NCBI GenBank assembly: GCA_964304625.1
Contig: OZ199840.1
Coordinates: forward strand, 8,767,487 to 8,831,486
DNA length: 64,000 nucleotides
Direction: 5' to 3'
Source: Kudoa neothunni
Lineage: Eukaryota > Animalia > Cnidaria
The translations under genes and the position numbers were made by a program. This document shows, in pieces, positions 52,120 through 64,000 of the stretch. The notes under the pieces were generated by a model that saw only the letters and a list, made by a program, of their open reading frames with translations, made no database searches and was not told the DNA's origin. The stretch's first letter is position 1. Every line of letters starts with the position of its first letter.

Positions 52120-54038
52120 TTAGTTGATAGTTTCTCCACTATTTTGCGGTAGTTCGATAGTTGTGTCATCAGTAGTAGAAAGAGCATCAGTATCATGAGC
52201 AACATCAGAAGAAACATGAGGAGGTTCAGATGCGGAGATGGTCTCACGAGAAACCGTGCAATTCGAGCAATACCATTCTCCTTCGGGAGCAGCCAGCAAG
52301 CCGACACATTCAAGATGAAACCATCCAATATTACACTAAACATACCAAAGTTTTTCCATATAATTAAACAAGTAGAACAACTACATTGTCCGAATCACAG
52401 CCAATCATCTCACCATATGAGGGTTGTTTACAGAAGCAGAATACATCTTGATCACCCTTGGCTGGATCTTCTTGTGAACAGGAGTTTTTAGCGGAATTAA
52501 CGCCTTTCTCATTTAAGGGTTCATTTGGTTGCTGATGTTCCGCTGAATCATTTGCTTTAATCGGTACAATCACAGAGGTTTCAAGGTTGAATTTAATATC
52601 AGCATTTGACTCGTTTTGTGTTGTGTCCTCTGAATGAGATATTAGCCGATAACATTCAATTCCAAAAGCAACCGACCATTAGACCCGGTAGTGAGTACAT
52701 TCGAGTTGGTATCTGTTTTGTTCTGATTAGACAGAGCAGGCATTTTTGCAATATCAACATCGACCGATTTATTCAATTCCTCATCATTATCGACATTTTT
52801 TCTAAAGATAAAGCATCACACAACCTGAAATGACAACAAGGAAATGTGTGCCTTTTTCTTGGATTTTTATTGGGCGTAACAGGAGTAGATTTTACGGAGG
52901 TATTTGACGATATGTGGCCGCTGTTAATAACATTGGTCAGGGCTGACGATTGGCCAGCATTGGAAGAACTGCTTTCGGATTGTTTGGTATCGGTTTTGGT
53001 TTTAGTGCTGGATTTTGTTGTGGAGGTAGCTTTGAGTGATTTGTTGGCTATGTTTTTTCCACGATTTTGTTTGAGTGCTGTAAGCGGCGGTGGTTGAGAC
53101 GATGGCACATTACTGTGTGAATTAGGCGTGGTTCCCAAAGCCGTTCCAGCTACGTTAGCAGCATTATTGAAGCTGGGAATAATCTCGTTGCATGGAGTGA
53201 ACTCGTCGTTCCAATCAAAAGCATTAGAAGAATTTTTTGTCAGTAGACTGATGGATTCATTTTTCTTTTTATCTACCATCCAAAACTATAACCTACCTCA
53301 ATTCAAACAAAAACCTACCAAGTTCTACAGCATCTTCAAGATTATAAAACATTTGACGAAGTGCTAACATTTGGCTGGTAACCTCTATCAAATCAAATCA
53401 AGTTCAGCTCTCTCTCTCCCTCTCAACTAATTATATATAAACTTTTCTCAATATTTTGCGCTGTCCCAGGATAATCTTCATCCATTTTTTCACGAAACAG
53501 CGCCAATTTTTCATTCACTTTAATAACATATTTCCCCAACTAATCAACAGATATATCAATATATTGTTAAGGATAGACAATATCGACAACTTACCAAATG
53601 TCTTGTTTGCTGTACTGTCTCAACTTTTTTTCTCGAGATCTCAAGCACTTTTTTATGCAACTACACCGATTTTATTATAAACGCATCGAGTGATGACAAT
53701 AATAATTTGGAATATATAGCACACCTTCTCTATCTCAAATGCCCCCTCAATTCGATCAAATCTTGATAATTTGGTGATTGTTGAAAAAAAAATTTCATCT
53801 TTTTCCTGGATTATCTTTTTAACCGCTAGGATACGGGATTTTTTATTTCGAGTGGAAAATTTTAATTATACTTTCTACTTCAATATCTAATGCTCTTATT
53901 TCTCTCATCGTTTCAGCGATTTTGGGCATAATTGAATTATACACTAAATCCACACAAATCATAAATTATTATTTTCCGTTTCTTTTCCTGCATTGTATTA
54001 TTACATCTAACAATATCTTCATGTAGTTCTGAAGTCAT
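52120..54038 (-). CDS. ING3: Inhibitor of growth family PHD protein, ING3-like
   Basis: N-terminal MREIRALDIEV...KKVETVQQ...LALFREKMDEDYPGTAQNIEK (ING3-type) and PHD finger FCFCKQPSYGEMIGCDSDN|CNIGWFHLECVGLLAAPEGEWYCSNC. Confidence 0.88.
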
Positions 54039-54087
54039 AATTTTCTATTAAATTGATCTATCCCCTGAAACCAGTCATAAAGATAAA

Positions 54088-54097
54088 CGCATGCGCA
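54088..54097. promoter_or_regulatory. NRF1-like motif upstream of ING3
   Basis: CGCATGCGCA 50 bp upstream of the ATG. Confidence 0.55.
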
Positions 54098-54623
54098 TTG
54101 CAATAACGTCATTTTCCTCTTTTTGACTGTTTGTTTATGATTTATATACATTTTAAAGAATATTCTTTTCAGATGATGCTTTTCAAATGTCTTTTCACTC
54201 GAAACGCTTTTTTCTAACTCAACTTTTTATTTTAAATCTGCAGTCATTTTACATTTTACTGGGGTCAGAGGTGTTCCAAACATTTTTTGCTAAGAATTAA
54301 TTACAAAATTTAAGATTTGAAATTTTAATCTTTTAAAATGACTATAATTATAGCAGTTTTATTTTTTATGTTACTTATTGCTTTTATAATGAAAAATATA
54401 ATATACTTTTAAAATAAATTACAAGTAAGTATATCAATAATTGATATTTTTTAAAAAATATATTTAAAAAGTAATTTTCTAAATCCAACTGAATGTAAAT
54501 TTTTGGCCTCAGCTAATAATTTGTATTATACTTGAATTATGTGCTTTTTAATTAGAATTAATTGTTGACGAAAACTTGTCTTTCTTCTATTTCCCATCTA
54601 AAATCCTAGTGAAGTTAATCACA

Positions 54624-55507
54624 TAGAGTGTCTCAAATGAACGCGGCACATTTTTTGATCTGACCAAAATTCCTATTTAAACGTTAAATTCCATTTCAAG
54701 CTACTAACTATAACATTAATTTTCAACCAAGAATAGTTGTAAAATTTTTGTATATTTTTGATTTGTCATAATATCTTATGATGAAACTACTTTATCTTTA
54801 TATGAAGGAAATACTTTTCTTCAAAAATCATTCTTTTTCATTCAATTTTATTTTACAAATTAAATATCATCATCCATGTAGCATGTAGATTAAAAATAAA
54901 TGTTGGTAGTTAACAAAATTATTAACGAATTTCTGACCTTATTAAAACAATAAAATAAACAACATCCAATTTAATATTTTTATAGGTTTTATTCTGGAAT
55001 AATTTCCCTGCGAAACCTCAATTTTATCAAAAACAAATGAGCTTGGTTGGTTTCCGCCAAATGTGATTAATAGGATGAGAGAATTCTGTTTATAATCCCA
55101 TTATCTGGGATAACAGGGAAACCCAATCAATTTTTTATATTCTTTTATGTTTTCTCTTCACATTTATCACCGTAGTTTGTTAAGATATCTTTTGTTGCTA
55201 CACATTATATTAATGTAAAATCGGCTCATTTTATTCTATATTGTCTTTAGGAATAAAATTTGAACAATAATACCTAAAGCGGACCTATCATACATAGATT
55301 ATAAGTAAAAACTTTTCTAGGTACTTGAAATGAATTCAATCCTAAAATGTAAGTATATAAATTTTCCATTGGGGTATGTCTTTTAAAATAAACATCATAA
55401 AAAATATTTATTTATAGAGATGTTAATGTTTAAATATGAATTTTGGTCAGATCCAAAAATGTGTCACGTTCCAATGCAAATCTGCCGAGTTCAATTGAGA
55501 AACCCTA
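54624..55507. mobile_element. Tc1/mariner-type non-autonomous element with long TIRs
   Basis: TAGAGTGTCTCAAATGAAC...GATCTGACCAAAATTC is mirrored by GAATTTTGGTCAGATC...GTTCAATTGAGAAACCCTA, followed by TA. Confidence 0.75.
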
Positions 55508-56381
55508 TAATGTGAAGATCTAACTAGTCAGGCAGCCTTCGTGAGCATACTGGTATGTACATCAGAAGCGGAGACAGTGATCCCCGCCTTATCCTTCTTC
55601 AATATTTTTGTAAAACAAGCATAATTAACTTATTTATCTAGGGGCGAATTTTATGTAAACCATCGCTTTATCCTGGTTCAGTAATTGAGAATTAAGCGCA
55701 ATAAACACACTTATCTAAAGTACAGCGATGTTGGCTCTATGTGTCGGAATTGCCATACAATTGGTTAAATAACAATTTTTGACTATATATAGGCGCTACA
55801 ATAAATATATTTTTTCACAAAAAAAAATTTAACGATTTTTGTATTTTTATCATAGTTTTACAAAATTTTCTGATAAATACTTTTAGAAATAAAAACATTA
55901 GGATATACCACATTATTTAATTATATTAATTGATACGATCCCATGACATTTGTTTTTTATCTTGAGGTTAAAATTAAACGCCACCTTTCCTAGTTATATA
56001 ATTCAATGTTTCACATTTATGTAGAGATATTTATTATGTTGCTCATAAAAACCGGTGAATACACTGGCTTTATTTTCCTTAAATATTAATGATCAACAGT
56101 ACTCTTTGTTATTAACAGTTTATAAAACAATAACGATAGTTTATATTAAGTTTATAATCGACTAAGAAGGATAAGTTTAATTATTAAAATTGATTTGAAA
56201 CGTGATTATAAAAGCTACGCAAACAAATATAATAATCTGAAGATGTCGATTGAATCCCTGCAGAAATTTCAAAAACTCTTCAAGCGCCCTCTAGCTAACG
56301 AACGTAACCTTTGGCTAAAGATTAAGTTATTCTTATTAACTTTTCTATGTAGGTGTAATTTAATCTTAAAATCTGTCGTTG

Positions 56382-56419
<38 letters not shown>

Positions 56420-57571
56420 AAAGTATGTAACTATAATCATATACAAGCGACCTAACTTGATAGGTCAATTGAATAAGATATATGATGTAAAGTTGATTCA
56501 TTATGGTAAATCTACAAATTTCAAGAATTTCTCTAATATATTTTTATTTTACATCATTAATAAAAGCTTCTTTGGAAGTTAATATAATTACTCATTTTAT
56601 ATATTGGAAATAGAATATTAATGGGATATGTTGCACATATTTTTAATAAAATCTCTGAAAGGGGTAGTCGACCAAGTAAGTTATCTACACAGGGGGTCGA
56701 CGAAAAAAAAGTTTGGAGAACCATGGGATATGATATACGAAGGTTCCAAAACACCGCTTATAACTCTAACGCCTAATTCTTAAACAGATGACCTTTAAAT
56801 TTACTTTTAAAAATAAAAATAAAATGTTAAAAAATTTAGAAAATAGTATATTTCTGTAATGGGAAGTTTATCAAAATTATATTTAACTAAATGAAGTTAT
56901 CGTGTTTAAATTTGTACGCAGTTAAATTAATGGTAAAATTTTCGCGCCCTTATAAATAATGTCGGACAAATTTTTATGTAATAAATATTCACCAATACAT
57001 AAAAAAGGAATTTAGAATATTTCTCTCGAATTGAACTAAAGTAGATTCTCACGATTCCAATTTAAAGGTGTCTAAAAGGACCAAAATTGAATCAATGATA
57101 CATGTTTCAAACTACAAAAAATAATTAATTTTTTATCCAGTTACTTTGTTAGATTCATCAATGGAGCCAAAATAAAAAAAAAATTAAGGATCATTATTAG
57201 AATGACAGTTTCCGGATATCATTTGTCATAATACATGAATATATTGAATGTACATCAAATATTTCAACGTATCCTTTTTCAATTGTAACTCATTCAAAAA
57301 CTTTATTTCTAACTGGTTAAATTATTTTGAGTCAATAAAAGAGATTAGTAGATAATCATATTTTTAAATGAAATATTAAAATTAGTGAAAATAATCCACT
57401 TACAGCTGAACAGTGACAAGTATCATAAAATACCATTAAATTGGAATTTCCAATGTGTAACTAATTTCGTTATTTAACGCATGAAAAGAATATTTTGTAA
57501 GTACGTTAGTTTATTTTGAAATAAAGAAAATACACAAACAAATCGGTACAATATAATATTATAAAAAATTA

Positions 57572-57963
57572 TTATTTGTCATGGAAATATTTATCTCTAT
57601 CTTCAATGTATCTAGGGCGTTTCAAAATAATCAGTCGCACCTGATGATCGGGTACACATCTTCCGGCGGAGTCTATCAGTTTGAATAACCAACTGGGATA
57701 TTGGGAATCATCCAACGCAGGGGGATCTTCGCCACTTGAGTAAAAATTGCATCCTTTGAGTGCTAAATAAAATAAGTAGTTGAGTTTAGGTTATTTCAGA
57801 TTTCACTTTGAGCCGAATTATCACTCACACTATGACTTATAGAATCGTTTGATTTCTCAATTTTTTTGGTGGTTGTCTTGAAACGAACACTCTCAACCCG
57901 GAAGGATAATTGGAGAAATGTTGATTTACAGATAAAATTTTTAAATGTAAACATATTTAGCAT
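57572..57963 (-). CDS. MRPL54: Mitochondrial ribosomal protein mL54, 2 exons
   Basis: Basic, Ser/Thr-rich N-terminus resembling a transit peptide, a 44-nt phase-1 intron, then LKGCNFYSSGEDPPALDDSQYPSWLFKL (mL54 signature). Absent from the ORF track. Confidence 0.82.
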
Positions 57964-58050
57964 CTATTTCGATTTAAACTGAGTGAGAAAATATTTAGAA
58001 TGTATAAAGAAAGAAGCTGGCTGGGCCTAGCCTTGATTTGATTTGATAAG

Positions 58051-58062
58051 TGCGCTTGCGCA
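58051..58062. promoter_or_regulatory. NRF1-like motif upstream of MRPL54
   Basis: TGCGCTTGCGCA about 90 bp upstream of the ATG. Confidence 0.55.
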
Positions 58063-58639
58063 ATTTCATGTGATTATTTTTAAATCACGATGGCTAACAT
58101 GATTATATTCAAACGACTTCGTATGTGACTACAAAAATAAGATTAAGCGTTTAGATTATAGTTAATGTTTGATTGAATTACGTTACTATAGTCTACTAAA
58201 AATTAAATGCATATCGTTTTGTTTCAATCATGGTAATTGTGTCAGATACCCTCGCTAAAATGTTACGTGTTTTCTTTAATTCAGAGATAATATTTGTGTT
58301 GAACTAAGCGTAGAAATTAATGCCAACAAAGAGTTTAATTAATCTATGACGATTTTTCCAAATATTTGATTTTTGATATTTTTGGGTTATTGAGAGAGAC
58401 TTCATATAAGTACTATGAATTTATTAGGCCTATGTAGATCAAGTTATAAAAAATTACCGTTGGTCATCTTTTAGTATATCTCTTCACACTTGTCAGTACA
58501 ATATACGATATATCGTCTCCCCCCACCTTTGAATTTACTATAGTTCACTACAACCTCAGGTTTGTTTGTTTGTTTGTTTGTTTTGTCATCCGTAATATTT
58601 GTGTTTTTTAAGGAGCAGCCAATAAAATAATAGCTTTAT

Positions 58640-59520
58640 TCTTTTACATTACATATGATAACACATTTTTGCAGTTGAATACAAAGAGAGGAAACCCCCA
58701 TTCCTGATTTTCTGGGATTTAATATGAGCGGGATGTCCATTTTAGTATGTCGAAGTGCTCCTAATAATGTTCAACTAGGACCAAGAACTTTTGCTTCGAT
58801 GAAATTGTTGTAAAATAACTCTATAGACAATATTTTCAGCTTTCTCTTGAATAAGAGCATAACTTTGAAACAACATTTTCTTCGATAATTTTTTGCTTTT
58901 AAGGCTTTTTGGTTTAGCATAATGTAAACAGGTTATTATGCGTAGAGCTCATAAGTTTATATGTTAAAAAATTATATGTCTTAATCAGTTGGTTTCGAGG
59001 GCAAATACTGTTTAAATGAACGTCTACCTCAAAATGCAATTAGTTGCTCATCAACACTGAATTCATAATGGGGCATTAGGCACATAGGTCAATTATTTAT
59101 CCATTTTTAAAGAGCAACCCTAATGTAACAGAACTTGTCTCTATCATTACGCATTTCTCTGGTCTCATAATCATAAAAATAAATTCTTTTTTTAATAAAA
59201 TTGCTCTCATTAAAATTTTTGTAATTAGATGAAGATTATTAACATTTTAAAACTATCTTGAATAAAATATTAAAAATAGAACGTCATGGATTTACAAAAT
59301 TTTTCGTGTTCATTTAATATTTACATGAAAATTAAACACGAAACAATTAATGGCATATTTCTTCGGAAAATCTCATACATTCTACCAAAATTTTATCAAC
59401 ACTCCATAATTTTTTGAGCGATTCCAGTTCACATTTTAATATATACATATAAATTCAAATAAAAATATACTCTTTAAATTCAAATATCTTGGTATTTTTC
59501 ATCATAATGGAAAGCCCCAT
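58640..59520 (-). mobile_element. Heavily decayed piggyBac transposase relic
   Basis: SVDEQLIAF*GRRSFKQYLPSKP and ..LRHTKMDIP fragments, paralleling the copies at 37-41 kb. Confidence 0.7.
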
Positions 59521-60245
59521 ATTTTTTAGTATTTATAAACTATAATGACGTTTTGATAAAATTCATCATTGAAAAATAAAATAAAAAATAACCAATATTA
59601 CAAAGTCAAGAATTTTTTATGTGCAGTTACGTCCGGCTGTTTGTCAATATTTCTATTTTATATTTTGTGGTTTTTTGGACATCATTTTAATAAAAATCCT
59701 CATAAAATTAAGTGGTAGATAAATATTCATCTGAAATTCGTCTAAAGTTAAATTAATTTGTAATAATAAACTCATCCATTTCTCAAGGAAGATACAATCG
59801 GATGAAATCGTACACTCGCGGAAACATACAAAATGTAATTTTCTAAAACATTCCAACGATAAAAAAGTCTAAAAAATTCTGTATTTTTATTTTCACGAAT
59901 TTATAACTTATTTTATGAGAAAAAACTCACGGCTCAATTATACCACCTAAAATTCTAAGTGTATAAAATTGAGATAGAATCACGTATACAATGAAATTCC
60001 AAATTATTACAAAATAATTATAAAATTCATTAAATGTCTTAGTAGAATTACTATTCTAAACAATAGATAATCTGCAAAATATTCTTGGTATTCGTGTGCG
60101 GTTCCGATGAACCCCAAAAATGCTCGAAAAATTAACTTTTATATTGAAAACACTTTAAAAATTTCGCTCATACTTTTAATGCAACTAATATCTTTAAAAT
60201 AAATGTTGATTCTAGACTTAAAAAAAAGTAGATAGGTTGGAAATA

Positions 60246-60960
60246 CAGTCATGTCTTGATATTGCGTAACATTTTGGGACCAGAGAGTAATCACGTAATA
60301 TTGAATCATCTACACACACACGATAATATCTAATTTAACATTTCTTACAAAATAACTCATCTACTTTATAATTTTTTATTCATTTATTGATAATTTCGCG
60401 TAAGGCATCCATAAATTGGTGTACAGACAAAAATTCAATAGGATTCTCAATGACACGTTTATTCGCGGATTTATAAGATTTTATACTTGAAACGTTGTAA
60501 CGATTTCATCGTTGTGTATGAGATCAGGATCTTCACTTCAAACAGTAAATTTACCTTGATTATCTCAATTTAAATGTATAATTTCATTTTCTTCCAGCAA
60601 AATAACATCATTACACATTATTATCTACACATATGAATATTAAAATTTTCTATTAATTACTTTAAAGTTTTACCTCGATAATTTTACAATAAAAATCAAT
60701 TATTTTTATTATATCTTCATTAGTTATTTGAAAATTTGCAACGACTTTTATAGTGCATACATCAGATTAAAGGGATTACAATCAAAAAAATGAGTTACGC
60801 AAGGTTTTTCCTAATTTGCTTTATATCTGCTTGTTCAAAATTTTTGTTTTTTCATATAATTATCCATTCAATTATACTGAATATGATGTTTATGTTTTAT
60901 TTAGTGAATTAACGCACATAATGCAAATAAAACTAAATTACGCAGTATCGAGTCACAACC
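60246..60960. mobile_element. Possible Tigger/Tc1-type MITE
   Basis: TA-CAGTCATGTCTTGATATTGCGTAA and TTACGCAGTATCGAGTCACAACC form an imperfect inverted pair. Confidence 0.4.
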
Positions 60961-61118
60961 CCTCCGAAAAAAGGAAAAACGCAACTAACTAACTTAACTT
61001 AACTTATAGGAATAATAATAATAATAATAATTATTATTAATAATAACAACGAATATGAAAATGAATTATACAATATGATTATTATAAACGAATGAATCAA
61101 TCAATAAACATAAAGAAA

Positions 61119-63487
61119 CTACACCCATTTGTTGGACGAGCTTTTTCGTTTTCTCTATCAACAGAAATCAGATTTATCGCAACATTACACCAAACTCACT
61201 TGGTAGTTTACTGCTGTGGCTACCATAGAATCGAGAATATTTGAAAATGATTTCTAAATTATCGTAACTAACCAAACGCGTAATAAACTACAAAACATAC
61301 ATCAGTTTCTGGTAAAGGGATTTCGTTGTTTTCTAATAGAGGACACATTGAAAAATGGTGCATATTACTTTTCAACTATTAAGATAAATACCTCCAGCAG
61401 GGACGGCGGGGGAGGACAAATCAGCCGCAGTTATAGATGGATCACTGATCTCTTTGTTCCCATCTGGATGGTGTTTGTTGCTAAAATAATAGTTGTTTGT
61501 CATTGATTCAACAGCAAAAAGCAGTATATATACCGAAGCATATGATTGTCATAGAGAGTAACTCCAAGAACATGTTTGAGGTCGAATAATGTCAGAATAA
61601 GAGATCTCAATTCGACAAGCATTCCATAAATTTCTTCTGTGGGAGGTGGATAATTCTCTGAATAAGAAGTGAACTCAGTTTTAACAAAGAATTCGAAAAC
61701 CGCCCAATCAATTATCTATTTACCCAATCCAAGGTCGATACACACTTGTTCGAGCATTTTAACTCGTTTCATACCGATATTATGGGTGACAATCATCTAC
61801 GATGAGTCGATTGATAGAAATAAAAATTTCGCACACCAAATAAAACTACTTTTTGACTACGCATATGAACACCGGCGTTTCTGAAGGGTTCAACAATACG
61901 AGTCCTGCTACCAATGCCACCGGATTTAGTATTAGCATTGGAAGCAGTATTGGTGGTGTTGGTTGGAGCGGGTTGACTTGGCACAGTGACGTTAGACTTG
62001 GGAGGGGGTTGATTGGTCGACGTTGGTGTTGATTTTTGTTTTTTCCTACCAAAATTGTTTATCCAACAAAAACAACATTTCAACCAAACAACTTTCTTAT
62101 CGACGACGAACCAGCAGATATTCTTTTTCTGCTAGTACCGGATGCGCTTGAGCGTGGGTTGAAATTATCACCATAATGTTTATCATCATTGTATCCTTCA
62201 CGACCAGCTGTTGTTGATCCAGACGATTTCTGTGCAGAAGCTGAAGTACTAGCTTTGGTTGATTTCGAAATGGGTTTGTCTTTTTCTAATTTAACATTAT
62301 TAACATTTTGTTAAATCAACGTGAATCAGGATATTTTTTTATTCCAACATACCTAGAGATTTATTTCGAATATATTCATCCGCCAAGAGTAGCAAATCGT
62401 TTGTATCGAATCTAACTTTATCCATTTCTTTTTGTTTGGATTGGATTTTTTTAAGTTCATTCGTTAGAAAAGCTTCTTCGGCAATCTAAAAAATTTATTA
62501 AATAAAATAATATTTTATATTATAATTAAATATTTTATATTATTATAATAATTAAGTAATTGAATATTTACAATAAAACAATAGTATTTTATGATTGGCC
62601 AATTAAGAGATTAAAAAAACAAACGTAATACACATCAATCACACTTACTTCTTCCACAGTTCTATAGTAGTATTGTTGGAGTAGAAGTTTTCGTTGTGTT
62701 TCGTGATGAATATCGTATGCTGGAGGAAGCTGGTCTTCTGGTTCCATTTTGATTTCCTAATCCGGATTAGTCACACCATTATCAAGGCTAATTGGCGCAA
62801 TAGAATACTACCTTTCTAACAATTCTATCCACATAATAAAACCTGTGTTTTAATTCTTCGACATTTCTCAGCTATTTTTTAGTTGACTGGATAAATACAA
62901 TAGTAAAAATGAGCCAATAAACTTTGTATTCCCCATTTTGAGCAATTGCTTCATTGTATCGATCTTGAACGACAAAAAATTTAAGCTCATATTTCCTAAC
63001 AAAAATATACATAATAATACAGTATTAGTTAATTAATTAATTAAATAATTATAATTAATTATGTGGTATACTTGCACATTTTCATTAGTAATTCAGTTTC
63101 GTAATAAGTCCAGTCATGAACGCCCAAGTTAAACTCCTATTATGAGATTATTTTACAATATTTAAATGATTTCAAATTGAAAAATTAATATAATTTACAT
63201 CGTACTGTTTTCTATCAAACTCCACTATTTCAACATGCTGAAATCATCCACATTACACAACAACGGTGAAAATTATGGATTACTTTATCAAGCTTTGAAA
63301 AGGGGTAATGATTCTCATTCAATCGATTTAATGGGATCCAGTGATTTAAATTCGGGGCCTTTTCAGGACATTGTTGATATATCGGAGCATGAACCCATTT
63401 TCGAGCAGTTTTATTTAAAAATGCAGGTTTTTTCAACAGCTCTCCGGTCGAGTCGTCTCTCGTTGATTCTTTGATATTTGTGAACAT
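61119..63487 (-). CDS. DMAP1: DNA methyltransferase 1-associated protein 1 (Swc4/Eaf2), multi-exon
   Basis: HW......YPFSKLDK, SANT domain DWTYYETELLMKMCKKYELKFFVVQDRY...RNVEELKHRFY, YDIHHETQRK, AGVHMRSQK and PPTEEIYGMLVELRSLILTLFDLK. Ends RKRKSSSNKWV* at 61119; start codon tentative. Confidence 0.9.
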
Positions 63488-63560
63488 TATTCCAGGTATG
63501 AATACAACGTTTAAATTTCCTCGAATGCAAAAATGCAGGTACCTTTAATGTAATTGTATC

Positions 63561-63570
63561 TGCGTGCGCA
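63561..63570. promoter_or_regulatory. NRF1-like (degenerate) motif upstream of DMAP1
   Basis: TGCGTGCGCA about 75 bp upstream of the putative ATG. Confidence 0.4.
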
Positions 63571-64000
63571 TTATTCACATATTTTTATTGTTTGGCAGGA
63601 GTGATTTTTAAAAAAATAAATACTATAATTTTAGTTGCCAACAAAGGCATGTTAATAAAATAAAGTTAATTATACAATAGGTGAAGGGTAATATGCATTT
63701 TTGGAACGCATGTGTATATTCAAAATTCAATTAATTTTTTATTATTATTATTAATTATTATTGTAATAATTTACTTTAGAGAAGATCTATTAATTTAACT
63801 GGTGTGTTACTCTCAATGTAGACGTAATACAAATCTTCATTTGAGTTCTAAGTGTACTTTTAGAAATAAATAGAACCATTTTTTGTTTTAAATCCTTCTA
63901 TACAATTGAGATATTTATTAATCGACATTTTGTAAATAGGATGTACTAATGTCTTTTGTACAACTGGAAAATTTAGTTATTTGTTCATCCTCTTTTTTCG

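Overview
Eukaryotic, very AT-rich DNA with mostly 37-60 nt GT-AG introns. The gene set looks animal and would fit a compact-genome parasite such as a myxozoan or orthonectid (inference). The ORF track misses most genes because they are spliced. Manual splicing gives six conserved genes: CLPTM1 (+, with a 5.6-kb intron full of transposon relics), MTCH (-), EAPP (+), ING3 (-), MRPL54 (-) and DMAP1 (-). There are also two unrecognised genes. One is a ~1,900-aa type-I membrane protein made of three copies of a five-exon cassette of Cys-rich FN3-like domains (22.9-29.8 kb, -), the best candidate for a novel surface-antigen/adhesin system. The other is a Lys/Glu-rich KSP-repeat protein (43.6-47.1 kb, +). 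Intergenic and intronic space holds decayed DNA transposons (piggyBac, Merlin/ISXO2, Tc1, Tigger, hAT, MULE, MITEs) and a tRNA-derived SINE. An NRF1-like TGCGCATGCG motif precedes five of the six conserved genes. Several genes carry single-base homopolymer frameshifts, most likely local assembly errors. All protein identifications rest on recalled family motifs, not database searches.
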